Notes: generated from the sequence alone by a model not told the origin. Positions 38,533 through 47,497 are shown, numbered from the stretch's first letter. The stretch: DNA of 64,000 nucleotides from an uncultured Microthrixaceae bacterium (GCA_963845425.1 CAWJSC010000002.1:129716-193715), one strand, 5' to 3'. Numbers and translations: made by a program.

Positions 38533-39972
38533 TCAGGCGGAGGCGGACAGGCCGGCCAGGAGGGCGTTGCGGAGGTCCCGCGGGTCGATGACGTCGTCGT
38601 AGCCCATGGTGTGGGCGGTGCGGTAGGGGCCGCCGGCCTGGAGGATCTCGGCCGCGGCCTGCTCGTCGGGGGTGAGGCCGGCCGCCTGGCCGCCGGACTC
38701 GGCCGGCATGGCCCCGAGGAGGACACCGGGGAAGGCGACGGTCAGCGTCTGGTTGTCGAAGGGGTTCATGGCCATGGCCGAGGAGCCGAAGCCGAAGGCC
38801 TTGCGCAGGGTGACGTGCAGCTTCGTGTTCGGGTAGCGGTGCTGGGCGGCGAAGAGCCCGGCGGCGGCTCGGAGCACGCCGTCCCGCTCGGCCTGGGTCC
38901 CGGCCATGACGCCAGGGTTGTCGGCCAGGAACAGGGCGGGCAGGCCGAAGGGGGCGAGGGTGTCGAGGAAGCGGCCCGCCTTGTCGGCTTCGTCCCGGCC
39001 GATCGCCCCGGCCCGTGTCGACGGGTCGTTGGCCACGACGGCGACAGAGCGGCCGCCGAGACGGATCAGAGCCGTCAGCATCCCGCCGCCGAAGCCCGGG
39101 GCGACCACGAGGGCGGCCCCGTCGTCCGCCAGGCGCTCGACCACCTCGATCATCGGATACGGCCTCCGGGGATCGGGCGGAATGACCGCTAGGAGGTCGT
39201 CGAGGCGGCGGGGACCGGTGTCGGCCCCGGCGGCGACCGTCCCGCCGACGTAGCTCAGCCAGGCCCGGGCCCGGGCGATGGCGGCCGCGTCGTCGGCCAC
39301 GACGTCGTGAACCACTCCCGAGGCCACCGCCACGCGGGGACCACCGAGGGACTCGGGCGTCACGTCCTCCCCGGTCGCCGCCTTCACCAGCACCGGCCCG
39401 GCGGTGAACAGGGCGGCCTGATCGGTCATCGCGGCGTAGTCGGCCAGAGGGGCCGCCAGCGCGCTGTGGCCGGCGGCGGGCCCGAGCACGAGGGTGACCA
39501 GCGGGACCTTGCCCTTCAGGTCGGCCAGGCCCTGGAGGTCGTTGGGACGGCGGCCGGCGGCCTCGCCGGTCATCCGGTGACCGGCACCGTCCAGCATCAG
39601 CACCACGGGCAGCCTCTCGCGGCCCGCGATCTGGGTCAGGCGGTAGCGCTTGTCGGTGTTGCCGATCCCGATGGACCCGCCCTTGACGGTGAAGTCCTCG
39701 GCGGCGGCGAGCACCGGGCGACCGTCGACCGCCCCGAGGCCGGCGACGAGCCCGTCGCCCGGCAGGTCGTCCAGCCCACCCACCAACGCCCCCAGTTCGG
39801 TGTAGGTGCCGGCATCGAAGAGCAGGTCCAGGCGCTGGCGGGCGTCCAGCTTGCCCTTGGCGTGCTGGCGTTCGACCCGCTCGGGTCCGCCCATCGCCCG
39901 GGCCGCGCCCTGCCGCCGCCGCAGCTCGTCGAGCAGCGGCCCCCACGCTCCTTCCGATGCGTCCCCCGTCAC
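38533..39972 (-). CDS. acyl-CoA carboxylase carboxyltransferase (beta) subunit family protein
   Basis: 479 aa. AEDFTVKGGSIG and ...ANDPSTRAGAIG... are the two crotonase-like carboxyltransferase halves. Confidence 0.85.
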   Translation of the reverse strand: MTGDASEGAWGPLLDELRRRQGAARAMGGPERVERQHAKGKLDARQRLDLLFDAGTYTELGALVGGLDDLPGDGLVAGLGAVDGRPVLAAAEDFTVKGGSIGIGNTDKRYRLTQIAGRERLPVVLMLDGAGHRMTGEAAGRRPNDLQGLADLKGKVPLVTLVLGPAAGHSALAAPLADYAAMTDQAALFTAGPVLVKAATGEDVTPESLGGPRVAVASGVVHDVVADDAAAIARARAWLSYVGGTVAAGADTGPRRLDDLLAVIPPDPRRPYPMIEVVERLADDGAALVVAPGFGGGMLTALIRLGGRSVAVVANDPSTRAGAIGRDEADKAGRFLDTLAPFGLPALFLADNPGVMAGTQAERDGVLRAAAGLFAAQHRYPNTKLHVTLRKAFGFGSSAMAMNPFDNQTLTVAFPGVLLGAMPAESGGQAAGLTPDEQAAAEILQAGGPYRTAHTMGYDDVIDPRDLRNALLAGLSASA

Positions 39973-40017
39973 GGCCTAGGTTCTACCGGACCGCCGCCAG
40001 GCACCGAGGGGGAACCG

Positions 40018-40800
40018 ATGCCCGACCCACGGGTGAAGCTCAGCTACGACGGCCCGGTCGCCGTCATCACCAACGACAACCCGGACAAGAAGAACGCCTT
40101 CGACGACGAGATGGACCTCGCCCTGTTCGAGATCCTGACCGAGCTCAAAGGACGCAAGGACGTGCAGGCGATCGTCTGGCGGGGCGAGGGCTCGGCCTGG
40201 TCCTCGGGGCGCGACGTGGGCGCCATCGGGGGCGGACAGGTGGCGATGACCCACCACGAACTGATGACCCGGGGCCAGTGGGGCATCCAGCAGCTGTGGG
40301 AGATCGAGGCTCCCGTCATCGTGGCCATCCAGGGTTGGGCCATCGGCGGCTCGTTCCAGCGGGCGCTGCTGTGTGACATCCGCATCGCGGCCGAGGGCGC
40401 CCGCTTCATGCTCCCCGAGACCAGGTACGGGGTCATCCCCGACACCGGCGGCGTCGGGGCCCTGTTCCAGATGGCGGGCCACGGTCTGGTCAGCGACATG
40501 GTCCTCACCGGACGGACGCTGACCGCCGAAGAGGCCCTGGCCCACGGGATCGTGTCCCGGATCGTGCCCCCCGGGGAGTTGGACGACACCGCCATGGCCA
40601 TGGCGCACGAGATCGCCGGGCGCTCCGCCGTGGCCGTGAAGATGGCCCGCCGGGTCATCCGCCACCTGGGCCGGCCCGGGCTGGTGTCCTCCATGGAGGA
40701 CGAGCTGATCTACCAGACCTTCATCAACAAGTCCGACGACTACGCCGAGCTGCGGGCCGCCCACGCCGAGGGCCGCGACCCGGTGTTCAAGGGGTCCTGA
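40018..40800 (+). CDS. enoyl-CoA hydratase/isomerase
   Basis: Start trimmed to ATG 40018, with GAGGGGGAA upstream. NAFDDEM...WSSGRDVG...AIQGWAIGGSFQRALLCDIRIAAE. Confidence 0.85.
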   Translation: MPDPRVKLSYDGPVAVITNDNPDKKNAFDDEMDLALFEILTELKGRKDVQAIVWRGEGSAWSSGRDVGAIGGGQVAMTHHELMTRGQWGIQQLWEIEAPVIVAIQGWAIGGSFQRALLCDIRIAAEGARFMLPETRYGVIPDTGGVGALFQMAGHGLVSDMVLTGRTLTAEEALAHGIVSRIVPPGELDDTAMAMAHEIAGRSAVAVKMARRVIRHLGRPGLVSSMEDELIYQTFINKSDDYAELRAAHAEGRDPVFKGS

Positions 40801-40813
40801 TGCCGACCGACCA

Positions 40814-40868
40814 CCGTTCTGGGTACACCCCGGTGTCGCCCACAACACAGGGATGTACCCGGAACCGG
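40814..40868. repeat. palindromic element (PE-e): arms CCGTTCTGGGTACA / TGTACCCGGAACCGG
   Basis: The outer stem has one T/G (wobble-compatible) position. Inner stem CCCGGTGT / ACACAGGG. Lies between two co-directional genes. Confidence 0.55.
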
Positions 40869-40879
40869 GGAGGTGGCCG

Positions 40880-41767
40880 ATGAGCGCCAGCGAGCCCATC
40901 GGCCTACCCGAGCCGCCCGAGCCGGGGACCTCGGCCATGCCCGAGGGGACCTACGACGGGCAGGTCGTGCTGGTCACCGGGGCGGGGACGGGTCTGGGAA
41001 AGGCCATCGCCACCGAGTTCGCCCGCCTGGGGGCGGCCATCGCGATCCTCAGCCGCAAGCCCGAGCACCTCGATGCCGGCCGGGAGGCCATCGAGGGAGT
41101 CGGCGGCCGGGTCCAGACCGTCACCTGCGACATCCGGGAGCCGGACCAGATCGCCGCCGCGTTCGACGCCGTCGAGGCCGAGCTCGGCCTCTCCCACGTG
41201 CTGGTCAACAACGCCGCGGCCAACTTCCCCGTGCCGGCCGAGGACATGAGTGCCAACGCCTGGCGCACCGTCGTGGACATCACCCTCAACGGGACCTTCT
41301 TCTGCGCCCGGGAGTTCGGTCGCCGCCACCTGGCCGCGGGGACCCCGGGTTCGATCATCAACGTCGGCGCCTCCTACGCCTGGACCGGCGGCCCCGGGTT
41401 CGCCCACTCTGCGGCGGCCAAGGCCGGGGTCAAGAACATGGTCGAGACCCTGGCGGTGGAGTGGGGCCCCTACGGGATCCAGGTCAACGGGCTGGTCCCG
41501 GGCCTCTTCCCCCACGAGGACATGACCGCCGACATCCGCTCCAGCCTCGACAAGACCCACGAGAAGGACGGCTGCCAGCCCGCCCTGCGGGTCGGTCGGG
41601 TCCGGGAGCTGGGCTGGGCGGCCACCTTCCTGGCCTCGCCCTACGCCCGGTTCATCTCCGGGCACACGCTGGTGGTCGACGGGGCCAACTGGCAGCGCCG
41701 GTCCATGACCAACCCCCAGGTGGTCACCATCCGCGACCAGATGGGCAAAGGTCGCTTCGCTCTATGA
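40880..41767 (+). CDS. SDR-family oxidoreductase (2,4-dienoyl-CoA-reductase-like)
   Basis: ATG 40880 is preceded by GGGGAGG. TGAGTGLGKA cofactor motif. NNAAANF. S...AAKAG in place of the classic YxxxK. Confidence 0.85.
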   Translation: MSASEPIGLPEPPEPGTSAMPEGTYDGQVVLVTGAGTGLGKAIATEFARLGAAIAILSRKPEHLDAGREAIEGVGGRVQTVTCDIREPDQIAAAFDAVEAELGLSHVLVNNAAANFPVPAEDMSANAWRTVVDITLNGTFFCAREFGRRHLAAGTPGSIINVGASYAWTGGPGFAHSAAAKAGVKNMVETLAVEWGPYGIQVNGLVPGLFPHEDMTADIRSSLDKTHEKDGCQPALRVGRVRELGWAATFLASPYARFISGHTLVVDGANWQRRSMTNPQVVTIRDQMGKGRFAL

Positions 41768-41841
41768 CATTGCTCCGCTCCGCTCCGCCGGCTCCGCCGA
41801 TTGGGTCCCGACCTGAGCGCTGCTGCGCTCCGCTCCGCAGC
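41768..41841 (+). repeat. C-rich direct-repeat element, copy A, starting at the stop codon of the SDR gene
   Basis: TGACATTGCTCCGCTCCGCTCCGCCGGCTCCGCCGAT-N16-GAGCGCTGCTGCGCTCCGCTCCGCAGC. About 85% identical to 52268-52340. Confidence 0.85.
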
Positions 41842-41864
41842 CTGACCAACGGACGGAGCGCGCC

Positions 41865-44165
41865 GTGAGTGGACAGGTACCTCAGGCATACGCGGGCTTT
41901 CAGGGGCGGGTCGGACGGACGGTCGCGGGGTCCGAGCCGTGGTGGCCGCCGCGGGCCGAACCACCGGCCGGCGCACCCAACGTGCTGGTCATCCTCATCG
42001 ACGACCTCGGCTACTCGGACCTCGGCTGCTACGGCTCGGAGATCCGTACGCCGAACGTCGACGCCCTCGCCGCCCGGGGGCTGCGCTACACGAACTTCCA
42101 CGTCACCCCGATGTGCTCGCCGACGCGGGCGGCCCTCCTGACCGGGCTGAACAGCCACCGGGCGGGCGTCGGTCACGTCGCGCACAGCGACCCGGGCTTC
42201 CCCGGCTACGCGATGGAGCTGACCGAGCACGCCGCCACCGCGGCGGAGATCTACCGGGACGCCGGCTGGGCCACGTTCATGGCCGGCAAGTGGCACCTGG
42301 CCAAGGACTCCGACACCAACGCCGCCGGATCCCAGCACTCCTGGCCCTGCCAGCGGGGCTTCGAGCGCTTCTACGGGATCCTCGACGGCTTCACGAACCT
42401 GCACCATCCCCACCGGCTGATGAGCGACAACCAGGTGGTCGAGGTCGACCGGTACCCCGACGGCTACTACCTGACCGACGACCTCACCGACCGCTGCCTG
42501 GGCTGGTGGAGGGACCTACGGGCCAGCCACCCCCGCAAGCCCTGGTTCACCTATCTGGCCCACCCGGCCTGCCACGCCCCACTGCACGCCAAGCCCGTCG
42601 ACATCGAGCGCTACCGAGGCCGCTACGAGGCGGGCTGGGACGCGCTGCGGGCCGAGCGCTTCGCCCGCCAGCAGGAGCTGGGCATCGTCGCCGAGGACAC
42701 CGAGATCGCGCCCCGCAACACCGAGGAGGGCGACGACGTCCGGCCCTGGGACGAGCTGGCGGATCACGAGCAGGAGCTCTTCGCCCGACACATGGAGGTC
42801 TACGCCGGCATGGTCGACGGCCTCGACCAGTCGATCGGCCGCCTGCTCGACGGCCTGGACGAGATGGGCGAGCTGGCCAACACGATCGTCGTGTTCACCT
42901 CCGACAACGGCGCGTCCCGGGAAGGAGAGGAGGCGGGCACCAGCGGCTATTTCGTCCACCTGCTGGGCCAGCCCGACGTCGAGGCCGATCTGCCCCGCAT
43001 CGACCTGCTGGGCGGGCCCCAGACCATGCCCCACTACCCCCGGGGCTGGGCCATGGCGTCGAACACCCCGTTCCGCCTCTACAAGATCAACACCCACGCG
43101 GGCGGGCACTCGGTGCCATTCGTGCTGTCGTGGCCCGACCACCTGGCGCCCCGCGGCGAGCTCCGGCGCCAGTACGCCCACGTGGTCGACCTGCTGCCCA
43201 CGCTGCTGGAACTGACCGGGGTCGAGGCGCCGTCGGAGCGCAACGGGCAGCCGCTGATCCCGATGGCCGGCTCGTCCTTCGCGGCCACCCTGGACGAGGT
43301 CGACCACCCGTCGACCCGGACCGAGCAGGTCTACGAGATGCTGGCCCACCGCGGGTACTACCGGGACGGTTGGGAGGCGGTGACCCGCCACCCGCCGATG
43401 ACCCCCATCGACGACTCGGAGTGGGAGCTCTACGCCCTCACCACCGACCCCACCGAGCTGCGGGACCTGGCCACCGAGCACCCCGAGAAGGTGGCGGAGC
43501 TGGCCGCCGCCTGGGAGGCCGCGGCCCACGCCGAGCAGATCTACCCGCTGGACGAGGGCAGCAACCTCAAGTTCGTCCAGCGCCCCGAGCGGTCCGCCGC
43601 CTACCGGGAGGCGATCACCATCTACCCCGGGACACCGACGCTCGAGCGCTGGCGGTCCATGGAGCTCATCAACATGCGCTCCTTCACGGTCACCGCATCG
43701 GTCGAGCTGACCGAGGGCGACCGGGGCTGGCTCGTGGCCCACGGCGATCAGGGCGGGGGTTACGGCCTCTTCGTCGACGGCGGCGGGCTGTGGTGGGTGC
43801 ACAACGACGGCAAGGGCGTCGTGCGCCGTCTGTCGGGCGGGGTGGTCGGCCCGGGACCGCACGAGCTGGCCGCCGTGGTCACGGCGCCCGGCGGCTTCAC
43901 CTGGGACGTGGCCCTGACCGTCGACGGCGAGGAGCGGGCGACCGACACGGGCTACCGGATGCTGTTCCCCATGTCCCCGTTCGAGGGCATCGACGTCGGC
44001 ATCGACCGCCGGTCACCGGTGTCCTGGGAGATCTACGAGGCCGACGGTCCCTTCCCGTTCACCGGCGTCCTACACCGGGTCCGCTACGCCCCCGGTGACG
44101 ACGCCCCCGACTCGGCCTGGCGTTGGATCGACATGCTGCGGGAGATGGGCGCCAAGTTCGAGTAG
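41865..44165 (+). CDS. arylsulfatase (formylglycine-dependent sulfatase family) with C-terminal extension
   Basis: VLVILIDDLGYSDLGCYG. The CxPxR motif MCSPTRAALLTG. GKWHL. GTG start. Confidence 0.85.
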   Translation: MSGQVPQAYAGFQGRVGRTVAGSEPWWPPRAEPPAGAPNVLVILIDDLGYSDLGCYGSEIRTPNVDALAARGLRYTNFHVTPMCSPTRAALLTGLNSHRAGVGHVAHSDPGFPGYAMELTEHAATAAEIYRDAGWATFMAGKWHLAKDSDTNAAGSQHSWPCQRGFERFYGILDGFTNLHHPHRLMSDNQVVEVDRYPDGYYLTDDLTDRCLGWWRDLRASHPRKPWFTYLAHPACHAPLHAKPVDIERYRGRYEAGWDALRAERFARQQELGIVAEDTEIAPRNTEEGDDVRPWDELADHEQELFARHMEVYAGMVDGLDQSIGRLLDGLDEMGELANTIVVFTSDNGASREGEEAGTSGYFVHLLGQPDVEADLPRIDLLGGPQTMPHYPRGWAMASNTPFRLYKINTHAGGHSVPFVLSWPDHLAPRGELRRQYAHVVDLLPTLLELTGVEAPSERNGQPLIPMAGSSFAATLDEVDHPSTRTEQVYEMLAHRGYYRDGWEAVTRHPPMTPIDDSEWELYALTTDPTELRDLATEHPEKVAELAAAWEAAAHAEQIYPLDEGSNLKFVQRPERSAAYREAITIYPGTPTLERWRSMELINMRSFTVTASVELTEGDRGWLVAHGDQGGGYGLFVDGGGLWWVHNDGKGVVRRLSGGVVGPGPHELAAVVTAPGGFTWDVALTVDGEERATDTGYRMLFPMSPFEGIDVGIDRRSPVSWEIYEADGPFPFTGVLHRVRYAPGDDAPDSAWRWIDMLREMGAKFE

Positions 44166-44175
44166 CCGTTGCGGC

Positions 44176-44347
44176 TCAGCTGGGCAGGCTCAGGTACGCG
44201 GAGGACACGACCTCGGTGCAACGTACGAGCTCCTCCGCCTGGGCGTCGGTGAACTCCTCGGAGCCCAGCGAGCGGTTCTCGGCCTGCAGGTCCTGATACC
44301 GGTCACCGAACTCCTCGATCCGAGCGCGCTCGTCCCCGTTCGACCGC
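44176..44347 (-). other. coding-like segment with no canonical start codon, immediately after the caiB-like stop
   Basis: The frame reads ...SNGDERARIEEFGDRYQDLQAENRSLGSEEFTDAQAEELVRCTEVVSSAYLSLPS* with very high third-position GC. No in-frame ATG, GTG or TTG lies between the caiB stop (44348) and 44176. Confidence 0.25.
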
Positions 44348-45484
44348 TCAGCGGACGGCCCCGGACTCCCGCAGCGACGCGATCTCGCCGTCGGAGAACC
44401 CTGCCGCCGCCAGCACGGCATCCGTGTCACAGCCCGGCCAACGGGGCGACTCGCCTGGCTGACCCGGGGTGACGGACAGGCGGGGCACCGGGGGGACCTC
44501 GGTGCCGCCGTCGGGGAAGAGGCGAACGGCCATCTGGGGGTGGGTGACGGCCTCGACGAAGTCGAGGACGGGGGCCACGCAGGCATCGGTCCCGGCGAAC
44601 GTCGCCGCCCACTCGTCCCGGGTCCGGGTCAGGAAGACCTCGGCCAGGCGGGCCTGGAGCTCGGGCCAGCGGGCCTGGTCGTACTGGTCGGGCAGGGCCT
44701 CCTCCGCCAGGCCGAGACCGTCGAGGAGCAGGGCGTAGAAGGGGGGCTCGATGGGGGCGACCGAGACCGAGCGGCCGTCGGCGCAGTCGTAGACGGCGTA
44801 GAACGGCGCCCCGCCGTCGAACAGGTTCGACCCCCGCTCGGGACCGTGGAAGCCCGAGGCGGCCATGGCGTAGAAGACCGCGGCCAGCGAGGCGACCCCG
44901 TCGACCATGGCGGTGTCCACCACCTGGCCCCGGCCGGTGCGTCGGGCGTCGAGGAGGGCGCACACGACGCCGTAGGCCAGGGTCAGACCCCCGCCGGCGA
45001 AGTCACCGAGGACCTGCAGCGCCGTCGACGGTGGCACCTCGGGGCGACCGATGGCGTGGATCACGCCGGTCACGGCCTCGTAGTTGAGGGAGTGCCCGGC
45101 CTGCTGGGCCAGCGGCCCGTTCTGGCCCCAGCCCGTGAGGCGCCCGTAGACGATGCGGGGGTTGCGGGCCAGGACGTCATCGGGGCCGACACCCAGTCGT
45201 TCCACCACGCCGGGCCGGAACGCCTCGAGGAAGACGTCGGCGGTCTCGGCCAGGCGCAGCACGGTCTCGACCCCCTCGACCTGCTTCAGGTCGACGGCGA
45301 CCGAGCGGCGGCCCCGGTCCCAGGCCGAGTGCGGTTTCGCCACCGGCTCGTCGGGGACGTCTGCGGTCCGTTCGACCCGGATGACCTCCGCCCCCATGTC
45401 CGCCAGCCGCAGCGACCCGTACGGGAGGGCCCCGAGGCCCGCCAGCTCCAGCACCCGCACCCCCGCGAGGGGCCCGGCGCTCAC
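44348..45484 (-). CDS. CaiB/BaiF type III CoA-transferase (alpha-methylacyl-CoA-racemase-like)
   Basis: GTG 45484 overlaps the stop of the upstream VOC gene (GTGA). LAGVRVLELAGLGALPYGSLRLADMGAEVIRVE is the family N-terminus. Confidence 0.85.
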   Translation of the reverse strand: MSAGPLAGVRVLELAGLGALPYGSLRLADMGAEVIRVERTADVPDEPVAKPHSAWDRGRRSVAVDLKQVEGVETVLRLAETADVFLEAFRPGVVERLGVGPDDVLARNPRIVYGRLTGWGQNGPLAQQAGHSLNYEAVTGVIHAIGRPEVPPSTALQVLGDFAGGGLTLAYGVVCALLDARRTGRGQVVDTAMVDGVASLAAVFYAMAASGFHGPERGSNLFDGGAPFYAVYDCADGRSVSVAPIEPPFYALLLDGLGLAEEALPDQYDQARWPELQARLAEVFLTRTRDEWAATFAGTDACVAPVLDFVEAVTHPQMAVRLFPDGGTEVPPVPRLSVTPGQPGESPRWPGCDTDAVLAAAGFSDGEIASLRESGAVR

Positions 45485-45852
45485 CCCGGGGAGTGGCAGA
45501 CGGCCTCGACGTTGTTGCCGTCGGGGTCGCGGAGGAACGCTCCGTAGTAGTTCGGGTGGTACTCGGGCCAGACCCGGGCCTCGTGCAGGACCTCGGCCCC
45601 CGACGCCCGGCCGGCCTCCAGAAACGCGTCGACCGCGGCCCGGTCCGGGGCGGTGAACGCGATGTGGGACTCCCGGAACCCCGCGCCCGTGGTGCGGGGG
45701 CCGAGCCAGAAGTCCGGCATCGGGGGGACCCCGTACCCGATGACCTCGCCGAAGTCCATGACCCGGGTCCCGCCGACGGTGGCCAGGACGGCGTCGTAGA
45801 AGGCGGCGCTGGCCTCGACGTCGGCACACTGGATGGAGAGATGGTCGAGCAT
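45481..45852 (-). CDS. VOC (glyoxalase/bleomycin-resistance/dioxygenase) family protein
   Basis: 123 aa. MLDHLSIQCADVEASAAFY...HIAF...FLRDPDGNNVEAV. Confidence 0.85.
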   Translation of the reverse strand: MLDHLSIQCADVEASAAFYDAVLATVGGTRVMDFGEVIGYGVPPMPDFWLGPRTTGAGFRESHIAFTAPDRAAVDAFLEAGRASGAEVLHEARVWPEYHPNYYGAFLRDPDGNNVEAVCHSPG

Positions 45853-45893
45853 CCCGCAATCATGGCCGCTCCCCGGGGCGGGGCCGCGCCGGA

Positions 45894-46202
45894 TCAGCAG
45901 CCCGTGGCGGCCACCAGGACGCGGCAGGCTTCGGCCAGTCGAGGCGCGGCCAGCATCGTCACCCGGCGGCGGAGCTTGTCCCGGGGGATGGTGTGGAGGT
46001 TGTCGAAATTGACGACGCAGTCCGACGGGACCCCGTCGTCCACGGCGGTGAGCTCCAGCTCGGAAACGAGGCCACGGCGGGTGCGGGTGAGGGCCGCCAC
46101 GACCACCGAGCCGATTCGATCGGCGACCGGGTCGCGGGTGAGGACGAGCACCGGTCGGTCGCCACCGGGCGTGGCCGCGAACCAGATCTCACCCCGCTGC
46201 AT
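45894..46202 (-). CDS. mazF: MazF/PemK-family type II toxin (endoribonuclease)
   Basis: MQRGEIWFAATPGGDRPVLVLTRD... is a PemK-like N-terminus. 102 aa. Start trimmed to ATG 46202. Overlaps the antitoxin by 14 nt. Confidence 0.8.
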   Translation of the reverse strand: MQRGEIWFAATPGGDRPVLVLTRDPVADRIGSVVVAALTRTRRGLVSELELTAVDDGVPSDCVVNFDNLHTIPRDKLRRRVTMLAAPRLAEACRVLVAATGC

Positions 46203-46440
46203 CGGTCCAGTCCGACCAGTCCTCGGCCGGACCCCAGTCGGCGATGTCCGACAGGAGCACTTCGCCGTCCTCGAGGGGTGCCTCCACCCACCGGATGACA
46301 TCGTCCTCGCTGGCCAGCCGGTGGAGATGCCGTCGGAGGGCCTCCCGCAGCAGCTGTGAACGGTCGACGCCGGTGCGCTCGGCCCAACGCTGGACCTCCG
46401 CCGCCTCCGCGTCGTCCACCCGGAAGCTGAGCATTGTCAT
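46189..46440 (-). CDS. ribbon-helix-helix type II antitoxin
   Basis: MTMLSFRVDDAEAAEVQRWAERTGVDRSQLLREALRRHL (RHH), followed by an acidic Trp-rich tail. Confidence 0.7.
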   Translation of the reverse strand: MTMLSFRVDDAEAAEVQRWAERTGVDRSQLLREALRRHLHRLASEDDVIRWVEAPLEDGEVLLSDIADWGPAEDWSDWTDAAG

Positions 46441-46463
46441 ACGGCCAGCATAATCCGTATGAC
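46436..46463. promoter_or_regulatory. perfect 9-bp inverted repeat GTCATACGG-N10-CCGTATGAC over the antitoxin start (candidate TA operator)
   Basis: Seen directly. The spacer contains CATAAT. The left arm covers the antitoxin ATG. Confidence 0.5.
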
Positions 46464-46487
46464 ACACGCATCGGCCAAGATCGTTTG

Positions 46488-47036
46488 GTGAGCCCGACAT
46501 CGGACGAGCAGCGGACGGAGCGGTTGGTGCTGCGGCGCTGGCGCGCTGCGGATCGGGACCCGTTCGCGGCGCTGAACGCCGATCCGGTCGTCATGGAGCA
46601 CTTCGTCGCCCCCTTGACCCGGGGCGAGAGCGATGGCCTCGTGGATCGGATCGAGGACCACTTCGACCGGGAGGGTTGGGGGTTGTGGGCCGTCGAGGTC
46701 GCGGACACCGGCACGTTCATCGGCTTCACGGGGCTCTGGCCGGCCACCTTCGACGCCCCCTTCACCCCGGCCGTCGAGGTCGGCTGGCGGCTGGCCCAGG
46801 AGGGCTGGGGCCAGGGCTACGCCACCGAGGCGGCCCGGGCGTCACTGCAGGACGGCTTCGATCGCGTGGGCCTCGATGAGGTCGTCTCCATGACCGCCGT
46901 CGGCAACAGCCGGTCCCGGAGCGTCATGGAGAGGCTGGGCATGGCCCGGGACCCGGCCGACGACTTCGACCATCCGAACGTGCCCGTCGGCCACCCGATC
47001 CGACGCCACGTCCTCTACCGCCGGGCGGCACCCTGA
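46488..47036 (+). CDS. GNAT-family N-acetyltransferase (RimJ/RimL-like)
   Basis: TERLVLRRW...GFTGL...VGWRLAQEGWGQGYATEAA. GTG 46488 preferred over the ORF-track start at 46434, which overlaps the antitoxin start region. Confidence 0.8.
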   Translation: MSPTSDEQRTERLVLRRWRAADRDPFAALNADPVVMEHFVAPLTRGESDGLVDRIEDHFDREGWGLWAVEVADTGTFIGFTGLWPATFDAPFTPAVEVGWRLAQEGWGQGYATEAARASLQDGFDRVGLDEVVSMTAVGNSRSRSVMERLGMARDPADDFDHPNVPVGHPIRRHVLYRRAAP

Positions 47037-47073
47037 CCCACGGGCCGACCGCGGCGGGCCGAGAACGCGGAAC

Positions 47074-47097
47074 GGGGCGGCGCCGAAGCGCCGCCCC
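47074..47097. terminator. bidirectional hairpin GGGGCGGCGC-cgaa-GCGCCGCCCC between convergent genes
   Basis: Perfect 10-bp stem with a 4-nt loop. Confidence 0.6.
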
Positions 47098-47125
47098 GCG
47101 TCCGGGTGCTGCTGAGCGGAACCGA

Positions 47126-47497
47126 CTAGCCGGCGAGGCTCGACGCCGCGTCGGTCAGCTGCTGGGTGCAGTCGGTCAGCGCCTGGCCGTCCTCGGTGGT
47201 GAGGTCGGCGGCGTTGGCGGCCAGGTCGGTGCCGGAGGCCTGCAGGTCCTGCAGCTGGGTGGACAGGTCGCCGAGAGCGGTCGGGTCGCCACCGGCGGCC
47301 TCGATCTCGTCGGCCAGGGCGCTCACGTCGTCGCAGTAGGCCTGGACATCGGCGTTGCCGCTGTCCGAACCGCCGTCGCCGGAGTCCGAGGAGGTGTCGT
47401 CCGTGCCACCGTCGTCACCGCTGTCGTCGCTGCACGCCGCCGCGCCGCCAACCAGGAACATCAGTACGAAGAACACGCTCAGAAAACGCTTGGGCAT
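47126..47497 (-). CDS. small acidic lipoprotein, hypothetical
   Basis: MPKRFLSVFFVLMFLVGGAAAC lipobox. Asp/Ser/Gly-rich linker. GGGAGAGGAAA Shine-Dalgarno. Confidence 0.6.
   Translation of the reverse strand: MPKRFLSVFFVLMFLVGGAAACSDDSGDDGGTDDTSSDSGDGGSDSGNADVQAYCDDVSALADEIEAAGGDPTALGDLSTQLQDLQASGTDLAANAADLTTEDGQALTDCTQQLTDAASSLAG

Noticed and set aside
41939-44098. 719-aa alternative-frame ORF across the sulfatase locus
   Set aside because: It is Arg/Pro/Gly-rich. The 41865..44165 frame carries the sulfatase CxPxR and metal-site motifs.
30247-45852. The catabolic block (amidohydrolase, aminotransferase, FAD oxidase, thiolase-like, carboxyltransferase, hydratase, SDR, sulfatase, CaiB, VOC) as a novel pathway
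   Set aside because: The genes are on mixed strands with separate promoters and terminator-like elements. All are common paralogous families in high-GC actinobacterial genomes. I see no sequence-level evidence that they form one system.
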